Below, one piece after another: positions 10,406 to 22,000 of a stretch of DNA of 34,078 nt. Origin of the DNA: Sphaeroforma arctica JP610 (taxonomy: Eukaryota); contig NW_014040545.1 of assembly GCF_001186125.1 (NCBI RefSeq), positions 113,287-147,364 of the forward strand. The letters run 5' to 3'. The position numbers were made by a program, and so were the translations under genes. Positions within the stretch are counted from its first letter, which is position 1. Each line of letters starts with the position of its first letter. The notes under the pieces are model-generated. The model was not told the DNA's origin. It searched no databases and saw only the letters and a list, made by a program, of their open reading frames with translations.

Positions 10406-10849
10406 ACTAGACTATCTATATTACTATATTATAAAAACGAAATCGACGTTTAAAGAATGTGTTTTGAACACAATAAAATAAGGTTAGGAATGTGCCATAT
10501 CGTTGGCAGAAATTGCCATATATAATTGTATGATCAATTTCGTGTTTGTTCACGAAACGTACGTCCAGGCGAATGACGTTCGTCATATGTGAACATAACA
10601 CCTAAGCCAAATATCGCAAGATTTATTTATAGATTTCTAAAATAATATTACAAGTTTTTCTATAAAATAACCCAGTTTATAAATATAGAAGGGTTTTCCA
10701 TATTATAAACTGATTTATATTCATGAGTTTTTCTATAAAATAACTTTAGTTTTTATAAATACATCCTTTTCTCTTTATAAAAACAAAATAAAAATTCAAA
10801 CAAAAAATTGTCGTTTTTAATTATACGACCACCAGCTCTGCGTATACGT

Positions 10850-11155
10850 TCGGGGGAATCTACGACACGACATCGTTTGCCCTGCTGGCAGTATTATGAG
10901 ACGTCGTAAATACTTATTTGGTCCAGGTAGTCTCACTAGCCATATATGGTGAGGTAGACTATGGGTAAAAGGTATGTATCATACAAATAAACATCCCTTA
11001 GTCATAGTAGAAGTGGTTATAATATCTTTATTTATATTTATGTATTATAAGCTTCTACCACTATTGTGTTTAACTCGTAACTTACTATGGTTATGCTATT
11101 ACACTAAGTTACTACGTGATGTGATGGTTCTGTACTAAGACCCGGGTATTACACA
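10850..11155 (-). repeat. 3' LTR of element B (start defined, far end uncertain)
   Basis: Minus strand reads ttcaaagctggcggggggc|TGTGTAATACCCGGG, mirroring element C's tttcaaagatgggtgggggc|TGTGTAATAGCCGGG PPT/LTR junction. Confidence 0.6.
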
Positions 11156-11165
11156 GCCCCCCGCC
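11156..11165 (-). promoter_or_regulatory. Polypurine tract of element B
   Basis: G-rich ggcggggggc directly abutting the LTR start TGTGTAAT. Confidence 0.6.
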
Positions 11166-11489
11166 AGCTTTGAAGCATTGTACTGTGTTTGCCCTATTAA
11201 CCATGTACACATACAAGAAGCGAAAATTTAGCTAAGAAACGGGTCGCGGTGTATTAGACACCTGGGCAGAAGTTATTCAATATAGTCTATATCCATCCTA
11301 TTCCGTTTGGGTCGTGGTCCCCTAGGGACAAGAAATTGTGTTTGTCTGCGTTTGTTACTTGGCTTCTGAGTCATAGTCTCAGGAAGGTGTGGGATAAGTT
11401 GTGTATAAGGATACCACTTCGCATTTTTGTCGTCCACTTGTGGGAACGTTCGGGTTTTATCGGCATCACTTTTGTGTAACCGTTTACGC

Positions 11490-11640
11490 CACTTCTTATT
11501 GAATGAACGTATGTAATCCGGATTGTCAAATACATCTGACGCTAACCATAAGATAGTGTCATCGTGAAATCGAGTCATATAATAAGTTACATCGTTCCTT
11601 GTTTCACAACCAATTATATCCTTAAACTCTTCGATCAAAC
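11490..11640 (-). other. Chromodomain-like module at the integrase C-terminus (element B)
   Basis: EEFKDIIGCETRNDVTYYMTRFHDDTILWLASDVFDNPDYIRSFNKKW follows the pattern eVe.Il..r.....Y.v+w......Wep...f.....I..y, at the position where chromoviruses carry a chromodomain. Confidence 0.55.
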
Positions 11641-11817
11641 GGCGCAGCACTATCATGTGTGCGAGACAAAGTTATATCACTCGTCGGTTTTCTATGTAAA
11701 TCCATACTTTGTGCGCTACTGCCATCTAAGTTCACCACTCCATAAGTATTGCTCTTAGTGTCACGATAGCTTATTTTACATGGTCCGACGTGTCGACTTG
11801 ACAATGAATTCATATTC

Positions 11818-12260
11818 AGAAGCCGTATTATATATCCGTTAATAACGTTTTACGTCGTCAGCCCGAGAGTAATTTGGGACTTGTTGTCTCAAATTAATAA
11901 GAGTATAGGTGGGTCAGCCCGAGGGAACGTAAGAGTAATTTGAGACTTCTTCTCAGATTATTCTATTTATAGGACACGGGCCACCGGCTAGCCGAGAGCC
12001 GAGGTCCGAGACTGAGTGTAGTAACAGAAAATACGATATATTTATTTCTAGAAAATATATCCGAGTGCTAAAGTGTTCTGCATAAGGTTTCTCATACTGA
12101 TCATATGAGTTTTTACCCAGGCCACCCAAAGTGGTTGAACACTAGTACAAACACCATCAGTATATAACTGAGGGTGAGATCATAAATATATTCATTCGAA
12201 TGCACCATACTTTAAATACATTAGCACTTTACTTATAGTCCCCTACACCGCACGATAACA
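11818..12260 (-). mobile_element. ~440-bp insertion in the element B integrase tail; probable solo-LTR fragment of another family
   Basis: Alignment to element C shows KLTSRY|NMNSLSSRHVGP split by this block. It starts TGTTATC on the minus strand and contains cctataaata (TATA-like) plus an internal direct repeat (cagcccgag...agagtaattt). No clear CA end or TSD. Confidence 0.5.
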
Positions 12261-13564
12261 TGTAACGGCTGGTCAGTTTCACGATGTCTCCGACTTCGAA
12301 CACTTGTATGTTGTGTTTACTGTCCTAACGTTTATGTCTTTTTAATAAGTCCTTATTCTTCATATCTCGTAGATGAGGGTATACTACTTCTTGTACTCGT
12401 TTTAGTCTTTCTAACCATGGTACGTCAGTAGTTGGTTGGTTTCCCTCGTCGTACGATACTTGTAAAGCACTTCTTCTTCCCCTAAAGTAGTGCGCGGGAG
12501 TAGTCTTTGTAACCGGGTCAGTAGTCTCGTTCATCATGGTTTGAATCCATTTAAGATGGTAGGGCCAATAACCTTCATAGTCTTCAAACTGACCGCGTAT
12601 GAGTGTTTTCATACGTCTGTTTCTAGTCTCGTTGGCTCCTTGAGTCTGAGGTTTATAAGGTACTCCACGTTTATAGTTGCGGCGGTTACGTCTTCGCAAA
12701 ACTCTGAGCAGTTGTCTGTCGCCATGATAGTTGGCCACCCGTGGTCATTAAAGACAGTATATATGACTTCCGAAATCTCTTGTGTAGTCTTGGTTCTTGT
12801 CGGTTGCAAGATATTATACCTCGAAGTTACGTCAAAGAAATGGCAGACATACTGTGACTTTGTATGCTCGGACATGGGCAACTTAACCAGGTCAATGATT
12901 ACCCTGTGCCATGGTTCGTCTTCTATTACACTTTTTAGTGGCGCAAATGCATAATGCTTGATCTGGTTATATTCACAATCCCTACAGGAGTTGTAGACTT
13001 TACGTATTATCTCCCTGAGTTTGTGATGATCAATTCCTTTTGCTTGGGCATCTCGTAGAGTAGGTCGTTCGCTAACATGTTTAAGATTGTGGTGTTGTAC
13101 AACCCAATCGTGAACTTTAAGTTCTTTTTTTTACCCATGTCACGTTGTACAGGAGATTCGTCTTCTTCCTCATTATCAGTCTCTTGACCATGCTCATCAT
13201 CATTGGACTCTTGTTTTTCCGTCGAAGTGCGTTTTGCTGATGCTGCTGATACAGCATTGCTTTCGTTGAACAATGTCATATGTCTTTCGTGTACTTCTAT
13301 CATGTCCTTCAATAGCGCCTCGAGGGTTGTAGTCTGAGCTTCAGGTGACTTGATATTTAGCCCTTTCTTAAATACTTCAGCTAGCTTGTCTACCTGTGTT
13401 GACGTTCTCTGACCCATCGTTAATACTTCTCCTTGTGAGGTCTTGTTGGTTATGATTTCCTTAGCGTATTGCTTGGTAGGAGCTTGGACTGTATTTAGAG
13501 GAATCGTAATTTCTTCCAGGTTCTTTAAAGGGGTATACGATGGGGTCCAGTTCGATTTCTTCGC

Positions 13565-13975
13565 TGGGCCTATCCGGCATATTATGGTATGCATCCAAGG
13601 GGTCTTCTTTATAGCCCGGGTACCCATATACAAAAATGCATATACTTCTCTGTTTACATATATTGGTTCACATTGTATCATTGACATTTAAACTTTTTAA
13701 GCCAGGGGTAGGATTTCCTTAAGGGACAACATAACGTTATTTCGGCATTTTGTATTTCTACGTACTGTAGTAGCTGTGGTATTAATCGCCACGGCGGGTT
13801 TGCCCAAGCGTTGTGTTTTGACAAATCTACTTGAAAGGCATCGCCTTTTGGGTGTGTAAGACTTCTATAATCTTCACATTGTTTGTTATGTTCTGCCGCG
13901 AACATATTTATCGTAAACTTCCTAAATGCTCTACTTGCTAGTTCAAACCATTTGCGATTTAGTTTCCAATCTGTG
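13565..13975 (-). other. Dam-like N6-adenine methyltransferase domain in pol of element B
   Basis: TDWKLNRKWFELASRAFRKFTINMFAAEHNKQCEDYRSLTHPKGDAFQVDLSKHNAWANPPWRLIPQLLQYVEIQNAEITLCCPLRKSYPWL, frameshift near 13687, then MIQCEP...KTPWMHTIICRIGP. Confidence 0.85.
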
Positions 13976-14158
13976 GCCATAAGTGCTTTGACAGTCTTTT
14001 GATAGTCTGGAATCAGCCTTGTCAACATATCCGGTAAGTGATTATGTTTACCTGGTATATGTGTTATGTTAAACGATAATTTAGCCAGCGTATCATGCCA
14101 TCGGCTAACTAGTTGTGAGTCAGGTTTCATATCTTTCATGTATTGTAAAGACTTTTGA

Positions 14159-14385
14159 TTATATGCTACTTCGAATGTAGTGTAGTCAGGAAGTCCCTGA
14201 CAGGGTTTATTTTGATATTTGGGTTTAATTAGAGACTACATTTTGAACTGTGTTTATCCAATCAGGTTAAAACTGATTAACGGAAAACACATGACCAAAA
14301 TGATAGTCACAGGATTTAGTTCAATCCTTGTACGAGGGGAGTACGTTGAGATACAGTTATCCTCGACTACTTACTACAGTAGTAC
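14159..14385. other. ~225-bp unrelated insertion/replacement in RNase H of element B
   Basis: Interrupts YLYGT|...|QKSLQYMKDMKPD, which is contiguous in element C as YLYGTAFTLMCDQNSLQYMKEMKPD. Confidence 0.6.
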
Positions 14386-15888
14386 CATATAGATAATCAT
14401 TGAAGTGTTGTAGAGCAGTAACCATGCCTAATAGTTCCTGTTTCAATGTAGGATATGCTCGTTGACTCTTGCTCAAACTCTTTGAGTAGAACATGACATA
14501 TCGTGGTTTACCTTCAACCATTTGGTATAGGACTCCACCTACCGCCATATTAGATGCGTCGGTAGCTACTTGGAATGGTACTCCATCCACCCGAAACTGC
14601 ATGACAGGTGCCTCCATCACTTTCTGTTTTAGAAGCTTAAATGCGTCGTCGCATTCTTTTGTCCATAGTTCGCCCAATTTGCCTTTATGAGATCTTAGAT
14701 GTGAGAAAGGTTTCATGTATTCTGCAAAGTATGGTACTCCTGTTGTAAAGAAGTTTACAAAGCCACACACTGAGTTTACGTCCTTTCCTGTAATGGGTGT
14801 CCTCCAATCTAATAAGTGTTCTCGCTTATCTGGGTCAATTTCTATCCCTTTATCAGATATAAAGTAGCCTAACAATTCTATTCTGTTTACGGCAAATTGA
14901 CATTTCTTCTCATTTACTTTGAACCGCGCCTTATTAATCGGTCAAGCACTATCTTCGAGATGCGTTTATGTTCTGCAGCGGTCTTCGTATATATGACTAT
15001 ATCGTCGATATATACTTGTACATAATCTGTTAAATCTGCGAACAGCTCCATCATAACTTGTTGGAAGAATGAGGGTAGCTTATGTAATCAAAGAGGTGCT
15101 CCTCGAAAATGATACTTCACTACGCTCCACTGAAAGCTAAAATACTTTCTGTGTTCTTTATATATGTTCATTTGGTGATAACCTTGCGTTAAGTCTATCT
15201 TCGAGAAGAACTTCGCTCCATCTAGCTATCTTAATAGCTCGTCAATACGTGGTAGATGAAAGCTGTGTGTTGTAATTATTTTGTTTAATGGTGACATGTC
15301 CAAACACACTCTATATTTACGCAAAGACCCATCTGAATTATATTGGTCCACCGCTAACAACGTTAAGATAACTGGTGTTGGTGCATAACTCACTTCTATG
15401 ACCCCGTCTTCGAGCCATTGTTTCACCTGTGCAGTAACCTGCTCTTTATGTTTTCTAGAAACATAGTTTGTTGTTGGACACTTTAATTTTGTAAAATCTG
15501 CTTGTTCTAAGTTCAGACTTGCGTATCCTTTATTGAACCGAAATATAGCCCAATCTGTAATCTTCAGACGTCTATTTTGCACCAACAATTCTATTAATGT
15601 ATCCATTATATCTGGGATTAATGTTTTCACTTTGTTTGAAGGTGCTTCGGGAGTAAAGAATGTATCTTTCTCTCTTTGGTCTTTATCAGATTCAATGTTA
15701 CTTGGCAGTCCTTATATCACTATATCTAATGATAACAAGTCTGACATTCCTAATATGATGTCGTACTGTGGGCTCATTTCAAGTATTACCGCTTCTGTAT
15801 TAATTTGTCGGTAGTCTGCTAAGACTACTGTAAAGTCTTTTGCTAGTTGTGTACAAGAGATTTTTTCTTGGTTTGCTAGCACTACCGT

Positions 15889-16648
15889 TTTAATAGCCGG
15901 GCCTCCATATTAGACTCTATGTTATAAACATACTCTTAAGCAGTACGTAAAATTATAAACGTACTCTTAATAGTACAAGGAACTTAATTTTTCCTAAATG
16001 GTCTTTAATGGTTTTATTAATTAATACCTTTTCCATTTTACATATCAGATATTTGGACGAGGCCATTAAAAGGCCCCAGTAAAGTACCAAACATAAGAGT
16101 TGGTCTAGTTCTATTAATAGAACTATGTTTAGTTTCCAACTTTATTTATATCTGAATACTTCGGTAGCGAGATGGCTCAACCGAATATAGGTTTCTAGGG
16201 ACTATCAACGTTACCTAGTTGATCCTCCAATCAGCCAACCAGATGTGTCAGTCTGATGAAGGTTAAGATTCTTGATAAGTGGCAAGTTATTGGTTAAGAC
16301 AATAACTAAGGACATCAAGAGTATTTTATTATTATTAATTTTTTCTAAAGATAGGATTTTATGAGTCTCTCGGATTCGCCCCGGCGAAACATATCGTAGT
16401 TTCTAATAGAGCGACAACGAAATACTAAATAAAATCCCTTCGGCGGAAACAGTACTGAGAGGATTATATATAGGCAAGGTCTCAGCCTCACAATCCCTCA
16501 GAGTATTGCTGTTTTCACGAGGCACACCTAACTTTACTATAAGTCTCATTTCGTTTATTTACTTTGATATTTTTACACCACTTAGAATTTACTAACGCGT
16601 TTATTTACTCTAAGGCGTTAATATCGCCTTAATAGACCGAATTTTACA
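15889..16648 (+). repeat. 5' LTR of element C
   Basis: taatagccgggcc...gaattttaca, collinear with 22403-23160 at roughly 90-95% identity by eye. The initial TG is altered. TATA-like tatatatagg near 16465. Confidence 0.93.
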
Positions 16649-16775
16649 CATTTTAAGGTTAGCAAAGGTATTAATTACTTAGACTACTTAAGCGTAAAGG
16701 TAGATTAACTACCACAAACTTTTTCTTGTCCAAGCTAGTCCTTAAGAGATCAGCTAGCAGTCATAAGTTAAGATT

Positions 16776-19019
16776 ATGACCAAGAAAGACAATACTCCCT
16801 CTAAGAAGCGTAGAGCTGAAAAGAAGAAGATGAAGAGAGAAACCGCAGCCACTGCCGCCACAGAAGCAACCGCTGCCGCTGCTGATGCGTTTAACCGCAC
16901 TGTAGCCGAAGCACTTGCCTCCGACAATAATAGTCAACAGGACAATGCTTCAGATCAGGATGTAGCCACTCCGATTAAAGATACTACTCCCACTGACAGA
17001 GCCCGAGGGCCAACTATTGCCTCAACTTCAAAGCTTACATTTACGAAGCCAAGAAGTGAGACAAGGGACACGTCTCAAGACGACCCAACGAATTCTTCTG
17101 ACGAAACTCAGAAAGAAAAGTTCCCAATTATAAGAGAGCCCCCAATTATAAGGGAAATGACAAATCTCAGAAGGAACCTATAATGGAACCAGAAGAGGAG
17201 GCAAGCTCAAGTGGCAAACCCGAATCTACGTCCGAGACTACTAAGCTAACGCGCATAAGTAAGTTAATTACTGAAAACACTGATCTTAAGAATCAGTTAG
17301 CTACTTTTAAGAAAGACTTGACTGTTGAACATGTAGATCGATTGTATAGATCATGAAAACATACACAGCACTTACGTGAGCATGTTTCTCCGGGCATTAC
17401 TGAAGCCCTACAGAAGTGGACAGAACGTCGACAGGCAATTACGCCCAAAGAACGTAAAGACTCGAGCGCTACACCTGTGGCATATGAGCCAGATGTGCTC
17501 AGCGTATCTATACCTTACGAGGTACTACAACCAGAACTTCAGGCTAATTACTCGCCTGTTCTGACACCCGGCCGTAAGTCACCCGACCGTGAGTCACCCG
17601 TCCTTGAGGGTATTATAGACCCAGAGGCAGGTAGAAATATTCCGCCACCTTTACCCAATTGAGATGACAATCGTCTTTATCCAGACGCATGAACCACCCA
17701 AGATTATAATACCAACCACTATCCGAGGAACAGAGCGCCGAAAGGTCTCGACCATGGACTTTACAAGAAGTAACTAACACCCCTTTAAACGTGTTAACGA
17801 AGTCGAATTTAATCGCTTCGATCGCACAGCACTACATCAACCCGCAGAGGATTTTCACTCTGACGAGGTAACCGAACTTAACAAATCGGTCGACGATTAT
17901 ACCATTAAAATGGAAATCGCCCACGATGCGCATGCATCATGCTGAGGATGTCTCATATTTTGCTAATATGATTGCGATTAAGCAAAAGCGCATCGATCAG
18001 CTACTTCAAGCCCAACGTGGACAAGACCACAGGGATAACCAGAAGTACAAAGGACAGATCAGTCGAATTAAGTCGAACTGGGATGCCAACAGTAAGCAGG
18101 TCGAGTTTATAAACAACCATGACCCCGACACGCTAAGCCGTACGCGCAATGCGTTTACGGTCATGCTGGAGACGAATGATATCGTTCCCCAGCAATGGAT
18201 TTCCGCTTTAATGCAGACGTTTGACCATACAGGAACAAGTTACTTGATCCTACAGCGACACCAGCATGAACTAGACAATTGTCGCGACTGGCCAGCTGTG
18301 TGTTGGTCGGTTACATCCTTGTTAAGTAATGACATGCGTAGCCCAGGACTGAGTTCAATTTTAACTGAACCAGTTGAGAACACGCCCATTCAGAGTATAT
18401 TCTGAAGCTAGATGCTGACCTGAAACGTCCAGATATAACAAAGGACAAGGCGCAGCGATGGTACGAGTTCCTGATTATGCACGTGTTCTGTAAGAACATA
18501 GGGAATAACGACCGTGAGAGCCTGTACACCGAGTTGCGACGTAAACACGCGACTGAGGCTCGAGACAAGGGACATGAAACAAAGTTTCATCTATCCCGAC
18601 TTACATGAGAATAGTTTTATGATACTGTATCCACTCTTTTCCCCACACACCGAGTAACATAGAAGTGAAAAGCGACTGTTAAGAAACCGCGGGAGCAAAC
18701 CGATCGTGGATACGTATCCAGGCAGACCTCAAACGAGAGACCCCAACATACACGTGCTCGCGACTCCACACTATCCACGCGACCCAATAAACGGGCACGC
18801 GCGGAGGCGAAGGACAAGGAACCTCCATTTAAAGAGATTAAGAAATGTGCCGACGCACAGCGTGGGTATGACATGTACCAATTGACCCCTAACGGTTATT
18901 GGAATGGCAGGCATGCACCCACCTGCACACACTTTCTTATTAAGTGTGACAAGTGTGAGAAGACCAATGGCTATCACATTATGTCTTGTGACAAAAAGCC
19001 CAACATTAAGTTGGAGTGA
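16776..19019 (+). pseudogene. gag: gag of element C (stops and frameshifts)
   Basis: ORF chain 16776..17183, 17477..17662, 17926..18405, then a terminal Cys/His cluster CDKCEKTNGYHIMSC (CX2CX6HX3C). Lies between the 5' LTR and protease. Confidence 0.75.
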
Positions 19020-22000
19020 AGGTACTACCAGGTACAATCGTTACACAGACAATACAACGACTTTTTAGATGAGCGTGTAATAATACCTGTATATTGCAAT
19101 GGAAATAAAATCCTTGCGTTGATTGATCCTGGTTCTGAAATTTCATGTATATCCGATCGCTTTGCATTAATGAAAGATATCGAAAGGAGAACACAAACAA
19201 CTCCCCTTATTTTAGATGATGACAAAACATCTGAGCTTGGTACCATGGCCACAGATGTTAAAATCTCCCTGGCCGATGATAGGAATATCACTACCCAAGC
19301 TGTGATAGTTAAGATGTCACAGAAGTACGACATTATAGTCGGAATGAGCGATTTACTCACTCTAGGTATAACCGTAACTGGTCTACCAAATAACATAGAT
19401 CCATTAAAGGATCAATTAGACGATAACTGTCTGAACCCATAGAAGCCCCCGTCAGACACAGTCAAGGCATTAATACCTGACTTTGCGAACAAAACCATGG
19501 ATCTGATTCTAGTTAATAAGAAGATAAAGATCACAGATTGGGCAAAATTCCGTTTTAACGTCGGGTATGTCAGCCTTGACCTAACCAAGGTGTACTTTAC
19601 ACAGTTAAAGTGTCCCCCAAGGAACTATGTATCCTGGAGACACGAGGCTGTGGTAAAAAAACAAGTTGAGAAATGGCTAGCAGATGGAATGATAGAAATT
19701 AACTATCAATAGCAATGTACGCCTCCGATTTAGCTTTAGGAGGAGTATTATACCAGGTTATAGATAACAAACCTAGATATAAAAAATTCTTTAGTCGAGC
19801 AATGAATGTTTCACAGTCGAATTACCCAACTGTTAAACAAGAGCTATTAGCCATAGTGGCAGCTCTAACAGACGTACGAAATTACTTATACGGAACAGCA
19901 TTTACGCTGATGTGTGATCAGAATTCTCTTCAATATATGAAAGAGATGAAACCCGACTCACAATTACCGAGTCGCTGGCATGATACAATATCAAAGTTTC
20001 ATTTTGATATAAAACATCTGCCAGGAATACATAACCATTTACCGGATATGTTATCACGCTTCGTACCGGACTTTAATAAATCCGTAGATATTTGGGCCAC
20101 ATACAATAGATATGTTTGCTGCACATCATAATGCACAACTATCGAATTACAGGACTTTAAATCATCCTTTGGGAGGCGCCTTTCAAATAGACCTCTCCAA
20201 ACATAATGCGTGGGCTAGCCCACCATGGCAGTTAATTGCCCAGCTATTAAATTATGTTCATATACATAAAGCTACCATCACGTTGTGTTGCCCATTACGG
20301 AGTAAAGATCCATGGCTCAATAAATTGATCAGCATGATTCAATGCGAGCCAATGTATTTAGATAGGGAAGTAGATACTTTCCTATATCAGGGTACCCGAG
20401 CCGTTCAGAAGACGCCCTGGAGACATACTATTATATGTCGTATAGGTCCCATTGGAACAACCAAATGGACCCCTTCTGAGACCTTCCTTAACAAGGTCAA
20501 AGAATCAGAGATTCCACTCTTTACCTAACCGAAAGTTAAGCAGTTCAAAGGCAACACAGCATTTAACGTCTGTGCACAAGAAATACAATCTACTAATGAC
20601 ACTGTTAAGAAGCGTCAGTCTCTAGCTAGGACTCTGTTTAATTACATAAAGTCTAAGCCCGAGGTCTTTCAAACCTTATTTTTAAAGGGATTAATGAAAG
20701 ACAATCCTGAAGCGTATACACATATAAAGCAACTATTTAATAAGTCAGGTGTATCTAACGCACATGAGCGCGATTATGACGCTCATGCAAAAACAGGACA
20801 GGAGTCTGAAAACACTACAGACTTAGAGACCACGCAAGTGGATTCTCAACACCCTACCTTTATTCTGGAAGAGCAGAATGATAAAAACATTCTTGCTTGG
20901 CTGAAGCAACATCATAAGCTGAAGCACCAGAACGTAGTAGAAGGACTTAAAGATGCTAAGCGACATGGGATCGCGCACCCTAAGCTGGCAACTTTAGTTG
21001 ACAGAGTATATCAGTCATGCACAGACTGTGATCTCGATCAGATCAAGCGCTATGGGTTCGCAGCGCTCAAGAGTGTGACTGAAGATGTTCCATGGCGCAG
21101 GGTCATCATTGATCTGGTTGACCTGCCCACGTCCGAGCACACAGGCGGCCGTTACGTATGCCACTTCTTTGATGTGGCGTCACGGTTTAACTTGCTCTAT
21201 CCATTAAAGGATAAGAATACGCAGACCGTGGCAGAATTATGTTGCCAAGTCTTTGCTGACCACGGGTGGCCAGGCATTATGTGCACTGATAACGGTAGTG
21301 AGTTCTGCGATGACGTAATGGAATCACTAGTACTCGTATCAGGCATATGCCATAAGAGAGGTGTGCCATATAAGCAGCAAACGCAAGGCGCGAATGAAAC
21401 GCGCCATAGAAGACTTAAGTTCTTCTTGCGTACTGCATTAACGGACGATGCAGATGATTGGCCGTACCACCTTAAGTGAGTACAAACACAGATGAACGAG
21501 TGTGCTGATCCGGTTACCGGACCTACACCCGCTCACTATTTTCGTGGCAGATATAGTGAGTTACAAATCCCCTTTAACAAGGACGAACCTGATCACCATG
21601 AGTTACCATGGTTATAGAAGGTACAACGTATTTATAACGTTGTATATCCTTGCTTGCGAGAAATACGCAATGTAGCCCTATTAAAAAGGCAAAAGCGTTG
21701 GAACACTACCAAGGAGATAGCAGAGTATCAGGTCGGTGACAGAGTTAACATCCGTCAACGTAATTCCGATGCTACTGTATTATCATCTAAATGGATAGGT
21801 CAATATATAATCTCTGTAGCAGACACTAAAAGTGGAACGTACGAGGTAAATAACCCCGACGGTTCTAGTGCGCTTAATATACGCACAAGTCGTATTCCGA
21901 CTACAGAGATTATACTCGCAAGAAGACATGACTCTAATGCCCCTCTTGATCGTTCTGAATTTAAAGACATTATATGGAGAACGGATAAGGGAGGCTATAC

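Larger units (their letters stand above)
10850..15888 (-). mobile_element. Ty3/gypsy (chromovirus-like) LTR retrotransposon, element B, 5'-truncated within protease
   Basis: Protease tail YDIILGMSDL, RT, RNase H, MTase-like, integrase, chromo-like module, PPT and the start of a 3' LTR. Cut at ~15888 by the LTR of element C. The left boundary (LTR end) is approximate. Confidence 0.9.
11273..15888 (-). pseudogene. pol: pol of element B (multiple stops and frameshifts, two insertions)
   Basis: KYRVCLDMSPLN; FFSKIDLTQGYHQ; YIDD (15001-15012); VATDASNMAVGG (TDAS at 14552-14563); QELLG; HIPGKHNHLPD; NPPW (13789-13800); HHNLKH...CRDC; VIIDLV; MATDN; QTQGANE; VGPC (GPY/F-like); chromo-like tail. Confidence 0.93.

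Noticed and set aside
20217..20228. SPPW as evidence of a switch to N4-cytosine methylation
   Set aside because: It is one base from NPPW (aac>agc) in a copy with many other inactivating changes; A and B have NPPW.
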